Shown here: positions 17,734 through 28,479 of the stretch, one piece after another
Numbering within the stretch: position 1 is the stretch's first letter
How the letters are laid out: every line of letters begins with the position of its first letter
Made by a program: the position numbers and the translations under genes
The notes under the pieces: model-generated
The model's input: the letters and a program-made list of their open reading frames with translations, nothing else
Databases searched by the model: none
Told to the model about the DNA's origin: nothing
Source of the DNA: Desulfotalea psychrophila LSv54
GTDB taxonomy: Bacteria; Desulfobacterota; Desulfobulbia; Desulfobulbales; Desulfocapsaceae
NCBI RefSeq assembly: GCF_000025945.1
Contig: NC_006138.1
Coordinates: 1,200,001 to 1,232,000, forward strand
DNA length: 32,000 nt
Direction of reading: 5' to 3'

Positions 17734-17809
17734 TGGTGGAGGTAAGCGGGATCGAACCGCTGACCTCGTGACTGCCAGTCACGCGCTCTCCCAGCTGAGC
17801 TATACCCCC
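17734..17809 (-). tRNA. tRNA-Ala (anticodon GGC)
   Basis: Minus strand GGGGGTATAGCTCAGCTGGGAGAGCGCGTGACTGGCAGTCACGAGGTCAGCGGTTCGATCCCGCTTACCTCCACCA; 76 nt, anticodon loop CTGGCAG, encoded CCA. Confidence 0.95.
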
Positions 17810-18132
17810 ACATCTGGTGCGCCGACATAATAGCGATAATTTCCAGCTATGTCAATAAAAAAAGAGTTCTTTTTTCTCTTCTTTTGCCCGCCTTACCGCT
17901 GTCTCTTTGAACTGTCGTTGTTTTCTGCTTTCTAGGTGAAATTTTTATGGTTATTAGCCCTTGTTTTTTGTTTTACCTGCCCCATTTTGTTTTTCCCTCC
18001 CCTCCTTATATTCGATTGCCAATCAGCGGGGCTTTTGGTATTCTTCAATACTTAACTGGTAGCTTGTCTGCTATCTGTTTTCAATAGATGCTTTTTCATG
18101 CCGTTTGGCAGCTTTTTTAATAGCTTATTTAG

Positions 18133-19209
<1,077 letters not shown>

Positions 19210-19260
19210 GTGAAAAATGTTGGAGACTCTTCCTCATTTCTTAATGACTGGTGGTGACCT

Positions 19261-20139
19261 GTGGCAAAAGAGTCCAAAAATTTTCGGCAAAGTGGGCGGT
19301 GGCGTTTTGTTACTGTTTTAACCCTTACTACCTGTGCTGTTATAGCTGTTGTGCTTGGTCTGGGGACACTTGTGGGTGGTAATTTTGGTGTGCCGCAGAA
19401 GATGACACTGGAAATGGTGGGTTCTCTGCAGCGTAGTGCCACCGTGACTCTTGGCTCTGTTGAGGAAATCTATGAAGATTACCTGAGCTTTGTCTCTGTC
19501 CGGGCAGAAAACAAACGCCTGCAGGCCGATGTCGATAAGTATCTTCTGGAACTTGAGAAATACCGTGAAGGCTATAACAGTTATCTTTCCCTGCAGGAAC
19601 AGCTGAAATTCAAACAATCTCTGTCCTTCAAGTCATTTGCGGCCCGTGTTGTCGGTAAGGGGGGGCTGGGAACCTATCAAACAATAGTGATTGACCTTGG
19701 CCGGTCCTCTGATATTATTGCCGGAATGATTGCCTTTGCCCCGGCGGGAGTTGTGGGCCAGGTTATTCAGGTCAGCGATAGCTATGCCAAGGTACTGCTT
19801 GCCAACGCACCGAGTAGTGCCATTGATGCCATGGTCCAGAAAAGTCGAGTACGCGGAATTCTTAAGGGCAATGGCTCTGCCGGATATACTCTGGAATACG
19901 TGTTGAAAAATGCGGATATTGCTGTTGGCGATGATGTTGTTACTGCTGGAGTGGGTGGGATGTTCCCCACGGGGATGACCCTTGGTAAGGTTAGTGCTGT
20001 GGAAAAAAAACGACTGGGCATGTTTTTGCAAGTAGAGATAGAGCCCAGCGTCGACTTTCAAAGTCTGGAATATGTTTTTGTTGATCCTTCTGATCGTCGA
20101 GAAATTAATGAACTGTTGAACTCTTCAGGAAAAAGGTAA
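19261..20139 (+). CDS. mreC: Rod shape-determining protein MreC
   Basis: Position after mreB; ENKRLQADVDKYLLELEKYREG...ARVVGKGGLGTYQTIVIDLGRSSDIIAGMIAFAPAGVVGQV..YAKVLLANAPSSAIDAMVQKSRVRGIL. Confidence 0.95.
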   Translation: MAKESKNFRQSGRWRFVTVLTLTTCAVIAVVLGLGTLVGGNFGVPQKMTLEMVGSLQRSATVTLGSVEEIYEDYLSFVSVRAENKRLQADVDKYLLELEKYREGYNSYLSLQEQLKFKQSLSFKSFAARVVGKGGLGTYQTIVIDLGRSSDIIAGMIAFAPAGVVGQVIQVSDSYAKVLLANAPSSAIDAMVQKSRVRGILKGNGSAGYTLEYVLKNADIAVGDDVVTAGVGGMFPTGMTLGKVSAVEKKRLGMFLQVEIEPSVDFQSLEYVFVDPSDRREINELLNSSGKR

Positions 20140-20144
20140 CCCCT

Positions 20145-20675
20145 ATGTTGACCTTCTTCTTTTGGTGTCTTGGGGTGTTCGTCATTGTCCTGCAAACGAC
20201 GGTACTTCCCTATTTTTTAAGTCCCTGCAATGTGCCCGATCTCTTTTTTATCTTTGTCGCCTTCTGTGCCTATCGTTTTTCTTGGTCGTCAGGTGTTTTT
20301 CTGGTCTTTACCATTGGCTGGATGTTGGATGTCGTCTGTGCTGCCTATATGGGTTTTTTCCCTCTGGAATGTTTATTAGTCTTTGCTGTCTTTAAGGTGC
20401 TTACCATTAATAATCCTGTGCGGATGGTTGTCTATCAACTCCCTTTGGTCGCTCTCGGCTATTTTTTCTGGCTGGTGCTGACCCGTCTTGCCTATTCCCT
20501 TTTGCAGACAAGCTATGTGCCCCACGGAGCAGGAGTGGCTTTGGCTAAAGGCTCTTTTTTGGTATTTGTTGCTGCCCTGCCCTGTTTTGCCCTCTATACC
20601 TTTCTCTATGAGTGGCTGGAAAGAAGAAATATGTGGCTAACTCCTCCCAGGCGTCGGCCGCAAAAACGTTTCTAG
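20145..20675 (+). CDS. mreD: Rod shape-determining protein MreD
   Basis: Position between mreC and PBP2; multi-TM protein with VVLQTTVLPYFLSPCNVPDLFFIFVAFCAY. Confidence 0.9.
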   Translation: MLTFFFWCLGVFVIVLQTTVLPYFLSPCNVPDLFFIFVAFCAYRFSWSSGVFLVFTIGWMLDVVCAAYMGFFPLECLLVFAVFKVLTINNPVRMVVYQLPLVALGYFFWLVLTRLAYSLLQTSYVPHGAGVALAKGSFLVFVAALPCFALYTFLYEWLERRNMWLTPPRRRPQKRF

Positions 20676-20686
20676 TGAGCGCCCCC

Positions 20687-22561
20687 ATGAAGTCTTCTAA
20701 TAAAAGAATTGAAAATTTGAGCAAGGTAAATCTGACGGCATTGGATTTTCTTCGTAATCGTATATATGTTCCGGCAGGCATTATTGTTGTCTTTTTTGTT
20801 CTTATCATGTTGCGCCTGTGGAACTTGCAGGTGATTAATGGTGATTACTATGCTCAGCGAGCAGAGAGCAATCGAGTGCGTGAACGGCAGATTGCCCCTC
20901 CACGGGGCAGTGTTTTTGATCGTAATGGCACCGAGATTGTCAGTAATCGACCATCCTTTAATGTTGTTTTAATCAGGGAAGGCAAGGGAGATGTGGGCAA
21001 GGTTCTGGAGAGGATAGCGCCTATTCTTGATGAGACCGTTACTGATCTTTGGGGCAGGGTACGGCAGGCAAAGAAGATGGCCCGTTATGAACCGATTGTC
21101 TTGAAAAAAGATGTTGATTGGGAGACCCTTGCCTATCTTGAAAACCACAACTACAATTTTTCCGGGGTGCGTATAGAGGTGCAGCCGGTGCGGGTTTATC
21201 ACTACCAGGATCTGGCAGCCAATGTTATTGGTTATCTTGGATCTATCTCTAAGAAATCTCTGGAGAAGTCAGACCATGCTATCTATCGTGGAGGCGATAT
21301 TGTCGGTAAGAGCGGTATGGAGAAGTTACGCGAGGCAGACCTGCGCGGGCAGAAGGGTCAACGCATTTCAGAGGTCAACGCCAAGGGATTTGAGCAGCGT
21401 CTGCTTAATAAAATAGAACCCTTGCCGGGCAAGGACGTCTATCTCACCATCGACGCGGGGCTACAGCAGACCGCTGAGGCCCTGATGGACGCCTCGCATA
21501 AGGCGGGCGCGGTGGTGGTGATGGAGGTGAAAACGGGGCGTATACTGGTTGCGGCCTCTACGCCCAGTATTCATCTGGAAGATTTTATTGGCGGAATTTC
21601 TCAGAAAAACTGGGCGAAGCTCAGAGATAATACGGAACGAACCCCTCTTATTAATAAGGTGGTGCAGGCCAATTATCCCCCCGGCTCAGTTTATAAAATG
21701 GTAACGGCGATGGCGGCTCTGGCCGAGGGGATCATTGATTCCGAGAGCACAATATACTGTCCGGGGAGCTATCACTTTGGTAATCGTCGTTATGGTTGTT
21801 GGAAGAGATCTGGTCATGGGGATATGAATCTCAAACAGGCCCTTGCCCAGTCCTGTGATGTCTATTTTTATCAGCTGGGAGAACGGCTGGGGGTAGATAA
21901 ACTGGCTGAGTATGCCAAGAAATTTGGTTTGGGTTCAAGGAGCGGTATTGAGATGGAGCATGAGAAGGGCGGTCTTATTCCAACAATGGCCTGGAAAAAA
22001 AGGGTGAAGAAGAGGCGGTGGCAGGATGGTGAAACCCTCTCTGTTGCCATCGGTCAGGGTTTTAATCTGACAACTCCTCTGCAGATATGTTTGATGACCT
22101 CCATGTTAGCAACCCATGGTAAACTCTATAAACCACAGTTGGTGGAGAAGGTGGTTGATTCCAGCGGTCTTCCCGTTGAAACATTTCATCCGATCCTGCT
22201 GCAGGAGCTCAAGGGGCTGGAAAAATATTTTGACATGATTCAGGTTGGAATGGAAGAGGTTGTACAGGGGAAGCGTGGTACGGGGCGGCGGTCAAGGATT
22301 AAGGGTATTGATATAGCGGGTAAGACGGGTAGTGCTCAGGTGGTCCATCTGTCAAAGTCAAAGGGAATGAAGGATAATGAAATTCCCTATAAGGAGCGAG
22401 ATCATGCTTGGTTTACCGGTTTTGCCCCGGCTGATAATCCTGAAATTGCCATTACTGTTTTGGTGGAGCATGGCTTGCATGGAGGTAGTGTGGCGGGTCC
22501 TGTTGCCCGTGGTGTTCTCAAGGAGTACTTTCGTGATCGTCTGCAGGCGGCAAAGAAATAG
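20687..22561 (+). CDS. mrdA: Penicillin-binding protein 2
   Basis: RQIAPPRGSVFDRNGTEIVSNRPSFNVV; active-site region YPPGSVYKMVTAMAAL; GIDIAGKTGSAQVVH. Alternative upstream start 20612. Confidence 0.95.
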   Translation: MKSSNKRIENLSKVNLTALDFLRNRIYVPAGIIVVFFVLIMLRLWNLQVINGDYYAQRAESNRVRERQIAPPRGSVFDRNGTEIVSNRPSFNVVLIREGKGDVGKVLERIAPILDETVTDLWGRVRQAKKMARYEPIVLKKDVDWETLAYLENHNYNFSGVRIEVQPVRVYHYQDLAANVIGYLGSISKKSLEKSDHAIYRGGDIVGKSGMEKLREADLRGQKGQRISEVNAKGFEQRLLNKIEPLPGKDVYLTIDAGLQQTAEALMDASHKAGAVVVMEVKTGRILVAASTPSIHLEDFIGGISQKNWAKLRDNTERTPLINKVVQANYPPGSVYKMVTAMAALAEGIIDSESTIYCPGSYHFGNRRYGCWKRSGHGDMNLKQALAQSCDVYFYQLGERLGVDKLAEYAKKFGLGSRSGIEMEHEKGGLIPTMAWKKRVKKRRWQDGETLSVAIGQGFNLTTPLQICLMTSMLATHGKLYKPQLVEKVVDSSGLPVETFHPILLQELKGLEKYFDMIQVGMEEVVQGKRGTGRRSRIKGIDIAGKTGSAQVVHLSKSKGMKDNEIPYKERDHAWFTGFAPADNPEIAITVLVEHGLHGGSVAGPVARGVLKEYFRDRLQAAKK

Positions 22562-22605
22562 GGTCTGTGTGGGCTTTTCTTATTAGAAGTGGGATGGAGG
22601 CGTCG

Positions 22606-23724
22606 ATGTTCAAGGCGGATAGAAGACTTTTTTTACATTTTGATATGATTTTGCTCCTGCTGGTTCTGCTTGTCTCTGGCATAGCCCTGTGTAATCTCTA
22701 CAGTGCCTCTTTTCCCTATGTGGGGTATGGCATGGCTCCATGGTTGAAACAACTCTGTTATTTCGGCGTAATGTTCTTTATGTCTGCCTTTATTTTATGT
22801 GTTGACTATAAGTGGCTGCACCAGATTAACTATATTTTTTATTTTGCTGTTCTGGGGCTCTTGATCTTGGCCGATATAATAGGTAGTAGTGCAGGGGGGT
22901 CTCAGAGATGGATTAATCTCGGTCTCTTTAACCTTCAACCATCTGAAGTCGCTAAGATATCTATGGTTATCTGTCTTGCCAGTTACTATGCCAGAAAAGA
23001 GGTGCTTGACGGTTATACCTTAAAACAGCTGCTTTTCCCCATGGCTATGTTGGGCCTTCCCTTTATCATGATTCTTGCCCAGCCGGATCTTGGCACGGCC
23101 CTTATGCTCGGTATTATTTTTGTTTCGATGACCATGTTTGTTAACCTGCGTTGGTCAACCTATCTGGCCCTCGGAACCTTTGGCATTGGTGCTGCTGTCC
23201 TTGGCTGGTTGTATGTGCTTAAGCCATATCAGCGGCAGAGAATAGAAACATTTTTGCATCCGGACCAGGATCTGATGGGCAGTGGTTATCAGATTTTCCA
23301 ATCGAAAATAGCCATTGGCAGTGGCGGTTACTTTGGTAAGGGTTATGGTGAGGGGCCACAGGGGCAGTTGCATTTCCTGCCGGAGAGGCATACTGATTTT
23401 GCCTTTGCCGTTTTGGGTGAGGAGTGGGGTTTTATAGGGACTTTTGTTTTTTTGGCCCTCTACTTTCTCATGTTACTCTGGGGGCTCTATGTGGCAAGTC
23501 AGGCCAAGGACAGATTTGGTATACTGCTTGCCTACGGGGTTGTGGTTCTTATCTTTTGGCAGGCGGTCATTAATCTCTTTATGGTTCTGGGCTTTTTGCC
23601 CGTGGTAGGTATTCCTCTACCCCTTGTCTCCTATGGTGGTTCTTCTCTGCTTACCACCTGTATCGGCCTGGCCATACTCATGAACGTGCGTATGCGTTCC
23701 TTTGATCCGGTTAATCACTGTTAA
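22606..23724 (+). CDS. rodA: Rod shape-determining protein RodA (SEDS family)
   Basis: RWINLGLFNLQPSEVAKI...QPDLGTALML...HLPERHTDFAFAVLGEEWGFIG...VVGIPLPLVSYGGSSLLT. Start may be 22594 or 22606. Confidence 0.96.
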   Translation: MFKADRRLFLHFDMILLLLVLLVSGIALCNLYSASFPYVGYGMAPWLKQLCYFGVMFFMSAFILCVDYKWLHQINYIFYFAVLGLLILADIIGSSAGGSQRWINLGLFNLQPSEVAKISMVICLASYYARKEVLDGYTLKQLLFPMAMLGLPFIMILAQPDLGTALMLGIIFVSMTMFVNLRWSTYLALGTFGIGAAVLGWLYVLKPYQRQRIETFLHPDQDLMGSGYQIFQSKIAIGSGGYFGKGYGEGPQGQLHFLPERHTDFAFAVLGEEWGFIGTFVFLALYFLMLLWGLYVASQAKDRFGILLAYGVVVLIFWQAVINLFMVLGFLPVVGIPLPLVSYGGSSLLTTCIGLAILMNVRMRSFDPVNHC

Positions 23725-24673
23725 CAGAACTCTCCAGTACCAGCTGGCGTAGGCCTGTGATGAACTGCTCCTGAGTATTAAGGGAGGGGCAGGAGGTCAG
23801 GCGCATGCCCAGCTTTTTTGCCTGTTTCTTATAGAGTATATCTATTTCGTAGAGGGTCTCTACGTGGTCAGAGACAAAGGAGATGGGTACCATAAGGATG
23901 TTTTTTACCCCCTCTTGGGCTAGTTGGATGAGCACATCGGGGGTGGATGGTTCTAACCATTCCACCGGGCCGCTCTTGCTTTGAAAGCAGAGCCTTCCCC
24001 TTTTTCCTGTAATTTCCTCTATTGCCCCGATACTTTGTTTGGTGTGCTCGACGTAAGGGTCACCTGCCTCTATAAAGGAGGTGGGCAGGCTGTGCGCGCT
24101 GTAGACAATTTCTGTTTTTTCTCCGTGGAAGGTAGCCAGGCCTTTTTTGATATTGGCTGCGATGGCTGCGATATAGTCCCTCTGTTTTGGCCAGGATGGG
24201 ATTTCTGTCAGGGGCAGAGAAATATTTTTTTTCTTGAGGGTTTTGTGGAGCTGGGTCAGGGAAGATCCCGTGGTGGCCTTTGAGTAATGTGGATAGAGGC
24301 TGAGGGCAACCAGGCGTTCTACCCCCTTGCTCAGGAGGTAATCAAGGGCCTCGTCGCAGTAGGGTGGCCAGTAGCGCATGGCGTAGGTAACGGTGAAGTT
24401 GCCATGGGCCTGAAGCGATTTTTCCAGGGCCTCTGCCTGCGCCTCCGTTATCTGCTTAAGAGGGGATCCTCCACCTATTCTTTCGTATGTGGCGGCGCTT
24501 TTGGGGGCACGACGTTTGGCGATTAGCCAGGCAAGTGGCTTTTGCATAAGGCGGGGGCCCAGTGGGATGATTTCTCTGTCGGAAAAGAGGTTGTAGAGAA
24601 ATGGCCGAACATCTTTTGTCTGGGTGGGGCCTCCCATATTAAGGAGGATGACACCCGTGGGGATATTTTGCAT
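23711..24673 (-). CDS. hemH: Ferrochelatase
   Basis: GVILLNMGGPTQTKDVRPFLYNLFSDREIIPL...AMRYWPPYCDEAL...LYPHYSKATTGSS...YSAHSLP..FVSDHVETLYEID. Confidence 0.96.
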   Translation of the reverse strand: MQNIPTGVILLNMGGPTQTKDVRPFLYNLFSDREIIPLGPRLMQKPLAWLIAKRRAPKSAATYERIGGGSPLKQITEAQAEALEKSLQAHGNFTVTYAMRYWPPYCDEALDYLLSKGVERLVALSLYPHYSKATTGSSLTQLHKTLKKKNISLPLTEIPSWPKQRDYIAAIAANIKKGLATFHGEKTEIVYSAHSLPTSFIEAGDPYVEHTKQSIGAIEEITGKRGRLCFQSKSGPVEWLEPSTPDVLIQLAQEGVKNILMVPISFVSDHVETLYEIDILYKKQAKKLGMRLTSCPSLNTQEQFITGLRQLVLESSVNSD

Positions 24674-25029
24674 ATGTTGGTCTCAAAAGAGGAGAAAATT
24701 CATGGGGAGATCGAGGTACTTATTGCGGATATTTTTAGCTTTTTAACTGCCCTAAAAGCTTGTCTCAGGACTCGCTATACTTAATATACAACAAAAAAAA
24801 ATGAATAGCGAGAAAAGCCGTTGCCGCGGAGTTGATTAGCAATAATCATCTATTTCTTCCTAAGAGTTTGTCCGCTATTTCTTGCGCATCTTCTGGATGG
24901 ACCATATACTGTAAGTAACAGATGGCCAGCAGGGGAGTTGTTGATCCTTGTAGGGGCCTGTGCTCTCAGCAAAGGTGGAGCGCCAACAGCTGTTTGGCGA
25001 ATATTGTCATAGTATAAAGGAGAGACTCT

Positions 25030-25560
25030 ATGGAACTTAAGGTTGAGACTAGGAATGTTGATTTGCGTAAGAGTTGGCAGGAAAAAATTGACACAGAAAG
25101 TGAAAAGCTGATCCGTCACTATGCTAATTTTATTCTTCACTTGCGGGTTGCTATTGAGGCTAACACCCACCATAAGGAAGGTGGTTACGAGGTACGTTTG
25201 GTTGCTTCAGTCCCGCAGGATACAGTGGTAGTAACGCGTAGCGGTGAGGTTGTTCGTGCTGTTTTAACCGAGGCCTTTGATGTGCTTGCCCTGCAGTTAA
25301 AGGAGATTCAGCGTAAAAAGCGTAAGAGTGTCAAGGTTTCAGTAGAAGAAACCGCTGAGAAGGCTGGCATTGTCCGCATGGTATCCCCAGGTGAATCCTA
25401 TGGTTTTATTGTAGAGAGTAATGAGCGTGAGATTTATTTTCATGAAAATGCCCTGAAGGGATTCAGTATTGATGATCTTTCAGAGGGCGACAGCGTATAT
25501 TTTGCAGAGGAGTTTGGGGACAAGGGTCCTCAGGCAACTTGGGTACGTGTAGCCCGTTAA
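25030..25560 (+). CDS. HPF/RaiA-like ribosome-associated domain fused to a cold-shock-like domain
   Basis: N-terminal MELKVETRNVDLRKSWQEKIDTESEKLIRHYANFILHLRVAIE; C-terminal GIVRMVSPGESYGFIVESNEREIYFHENALKGFSIDDLSEGDSVYFAEEFGDKGPQATWVRV. Confidence 0.75.
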   Translation: MELKVETRNVDLRKSWQEKIDTESEKLIRHYANFILHLRVAIEANTHHKEGGYEVRLVASVPQDTVVVTRSGEVVRAVLTEAFDVLALQLKEIQRKKRKSVKVSVEETAEKAGIVRMVSPGESYGFIVESNEREIYFHENALKGFSIDDLSEGDSVYFAEEFGDKGPQATWVRVAR

Positions 25561-25609
25561 ATAGAGGTAGCGTTCCCGGCCATGTGCCTGCGACGATTTA
25601 AAGGAAAGA

Positions 25610-25643
25610 GGCCCTGAATGATTTTGTTCAGGGCCTTTTTTTT
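25610..25643 (+). terminator. Rho-independent terminator
   Basis: GGCCCTGAA-TGATTTTG-TTCAGGGCC-TTTTTTTT. Confidence 0.9.
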
Positions 25644-25752
25644 GCCTTTTTACTATTGCTTTGTTTCCTGTGCAGCTTGCCCATAAATAAGGTATAGCAG
25701 AGATGAAAATAGGGAAGACCTTCTTAATGTTCTTATACGCAGGAGAGATGCG

Positions 25753-28422
25753 GTGAAAAATAATATCTATGTTATTGACGGAAGTGCTTATATTTACAGA
25801 GCATATCATGCAGTTGCCCCCCTGACGACTCGGGAGGGATTGCATACCCATGCAATTCTGGGATTTGTCAATATGATACGTCGGCTTATAAAGGATAAGG
25901 TTCCGGCTCTTATGGTCATTGCCTTTGACAGTCGAGGCCCTGTCTTTCGTCATGAAATGTACCCTAAGTATAAGGCAAATCGTCCGATGATGCCCGAGGA
26001 TCTGCAGGAGCAGATTCCTTATATAAAAGAGTTTGTTAAGGCCTCAGGCCTGTTGCTTTTGGAAGAGGCGGGGGTTGAGGCCGATGACATTATAGCCTCC
26101 ATAGCGAAAAAGTTTGCCAGCGAAGAGTGTGCGGTAACCGTTGTCTCCGGTGACAAGGATCTTCTCCAGCTGGTCGATGCCAATGTTTCAATGTTTGACC
26201 CCATGAAAGACAAGTTGATGGATAGTGTTGCTGTGCATGAAAAGTACAATGTCTATCCTCACCAGCTCCTTGATACCTTTGCCCTGATGGGTGACAGTGC
26301 CGATAATATTCCGGGGGTGCCCGGGGTGGGGCCTAAGACTGCGGAGAAGTTGATCAATGCCCATGGCTCACTTGAGGGGCTCTATGAGAATGTCTCTGGC
26401 ATGAAGCAGTCCAAGATGAAGGAGAAGATTATTGCCAATCGTGATCTGGCCTTTCTCTCCCGTGATCTGATCTCTTTGAAGATGGATGTTGAGATCCCTT
26501 CTGCTCTTCAGGATTATCAGCTTGGTGGGGAGCAGGAGGCGCAGCTCAACGAGCTTTTTACCAAATTAGAATTTAATCGATTCTTAAAGGGTGGCGAGCC
26601 CACAAAAAACAAGAAGGTTGCGGGGACAGGATTCTCCCTGGTCCAGACCTCCGAAGCCCTGGCTCAGATGGCAGCTGTTCTTGGCCATGCTAGTCGTATT
26701 GTGATCGATACCGAGACAACCTCGCTTGATGCCAGAACGGCAGGCCTGGTGGGGATCTCTCTTTGCGCTGAACTTGACAGAGCTTGGTATATCCCTCTTG
26801 CCCATATCGAGGCCACTGGTACACCTGTGCCAGGCCAGTTGCCTATCTCTGAAGTTATGGCAGTTCTGGAGCCTCTTTTGACCTGCGCGGACATCCTTAA
26901 GGTGGGGCATAATCTTAAGTATGACTGGACGGTTTTGAAGATGCAGACTGGGGTGGAGATCTTTCCTCTTGCCGATACCATGGTTGCGGCCCATCTCTTG
27001 GAGAAGGGGCGAACCCTGAAGCTTGATGATCTCTGTGCTGAGATTGGTCTGGAGCTTACCTCCTTCGCAGAGGTGGTGGCAGAGGATAAGCGTGCAGATG
27101 CCTTTGCCTATGTCGCTCTTAAAGAAGCCTGTCACTATAGCTGTGAGGATGTTTATGGGGCTCTGTCTCTGTGGCAGGACTTTGGCGAAAAACTCAGTGA
27201 TAAGGCTCTGGATGGGCTCTTTTATGATGTCGAGATGCCTATTATTCCAGTGCTGGCCAAGATGGAGATAGGGGGGGTCTGTCTGGACAGTACTGTTTTG
27301 GTGGAGCTCGCGGCCCAGTTTGAGGAGCAGATAGGCGAGTTGGCAGCGACCATCTATCAAGAGGTTGGGCATGAGTTTAATATCAGCTCGCCTAAGCAGT
27401 TGGGGGTGATTCTCTTTGAGGAGCTTGGTCTGCCCCATGGGCGTAAGACCAAGACCGGTTTTTCCACCGATGTTAAGGTTATGGAGAAACTGGCCAGCCA
27501 GCATCCTGTTCCGGCCCTTATTCTTAAATACCGGACTATCGCTAAGCTCAAGTCGACCTATGTTGATAAGCTTCTGCTTTTGAAAAATCCTGAAACTGGC
27601 CGTATATATACCTCTTTTAATCAGACTATAACGGCAACGGGCAGGCTCTCCAGCAGTAACCCCAATATGCAGAATATTCCTATTCGTATGGAGGAGGGTA
27701 ATCGCATTCGCAGGGCCTTTGTTCCTGAGGCGGGCAAGGTCTTTCTGGCGGCGGATTATTCGCAGATAGATCTGCGGGTGCTGGCCCATTATTCCGGGGA
27801 TGATGCTCTGACCAGGGCCTTTGCCGCCGGGCAGGATATTCATGCCAGGACAGCAGCAGAGCTCTTTAGTGTCTCAACCATGTTGGTCAATCCTGAGATG
27901 CGTCGGGTGGCCAAGAGTATCAACTTTGGTATTGTTTATGGCATGAGTGCCTTTGGTCTTGCTCAGCAGCTGGGCATTGGCAGAAAGGAGGCCCAGCGCT
28001 TTATTGATCGTTATTTTCACCTCTATGCGGGGGTAAAGCAATTTATGATCGATATCGTAGAGCAGACCCGGGAGAGGGGTTATGCCACAACCCTCTTAGG
28101 TCGTCGGCGGGCAGTGCCTGATATTGATGCGAAAAACAAAGGTATGCGGGAGTTTGCCGAGAGGATGGCAATTAATACTCCCATTCAGGGAACTGCGGCC
28201 GATATTATTAAGTGTGCCATGATTGCCGTGGAAAAAAAATTGGCGGCGGCAGGTCTGGGGGCTAAAATGCTTCTACAGATTCACGATGAACTTGTCTTTG
28301 AAGTGTCCGAGGCGGAGCTTGCGGAGACGAGGGTGGTGGTGCAGGAGGCAATGGAGTCAGCTCTTCAGCTTGATGTGCCTTTGGTTGCCAATATTGAGGT
28401 TGGGCACAGTCTGGCAAAATAG
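25753..28422 (+). CDS. polA: DNA polymerase I
   Basis: 5' nuclease DGSAYIYRAYHA; exonuclease VIDTETTSLDARTAGLVGISL; polymerase ADYSQIDLRVLAHYSGDDAL...RRVAKSINFGIVYGMSAFGLA...LLQIHDELVFEV. Confidence 0.98.
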   Translation: MKNNIYVIDGSAYIYRAYHAVAPLTTREGLHTHAILGFVNMIRRLIKDKVPALMVIAFDSRGPVFRHEMYPKYKANRPMMPEDLQEQIPYIKEFVKASGLLLLEEAGVEADDIIASIAKKFASEECAVTVVSGDKDLLQLVDANVSMFDPMKDKLMDSVAVHEKYNVYPHQLLDTFALMGDSADNIPGVPGVGPKTAEKLINAHGSLEGLYENVSGMKQSKMKEKIIANRDLAFLSRDLISLKMDVEIPSALQDYQLGGEQEAQLNELFTKLEFNRFLKGGEPTKNKKVAGTGFSLVQTSEALAQMAAVLGHASRIVIDTETTSLDARTAGLVGISLCAELDRAWYIPLAHIEATGTPVPGQLPISEVMAVLEPLLTCADILKVGHNLKYDWTVLKMQTGVEIFPLADTMVAAHLLEKGRTLKLDDLCAEIGLELTSFAEVVAEDKRADAFAYVALKEACHYSCEDVYGALSLWQDFGEKLSDKALDGLFYDVEMPIIPVLAKMEIGGVCLDSTVLVELAAQFEEQIGELAATIYQEVGHEFNISSPKQLGVILFEELGLPHGRKTKTGFSTDVKVMEKLASQHPVPALILKYRTIAKLKSTYVDKLLLLKNPETGRIYTSFNQTITATGRLSSSNPNMQNIPIRMEEGNRIRRAFVPEAGKVFLAADYSQIDLRVLAHYSGDDALTRAFAAGQDIHARTAAELFSVSTMLVNPEMRRVAKSINFGIVYGMSAFGLAQQLGIGRKEAQRFIDRYFHLYAGVKQFMIDIVEQTRERGYATTLLGRRRAVPDIDAKNKGMREFAERMAINTPIQGTAADIIKCAMIAVEKKLAAAGLGAKMLLQIHDELVFEVSEAELAETRVVVQEAMESALQLDVPLVANIEVGHSLAK

Positions 28423-28433
28423 ACCGTTTCTCA

Positions 28434-28460
28434 GGGGAGAAGGGTAGCCTCCTTCTCCCC
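28434..28460. terminator. Hairpin between convergent polA and gltA (possible bidirectional terminator)
   Basis: GGGGAGAAGG-GTAGCCT-CCTTCTCCCC; no strong T tract. Confidence 0.45.
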
Positions 28461-28479
28461 GTTGAGATTATTTCGTAGT

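Noticed and set aside
26584-27843. 419-aa minus-strand ORF inside polA
   Set aside because: It is antisense to the well-supported polA reading frame and has no recognisable domain.
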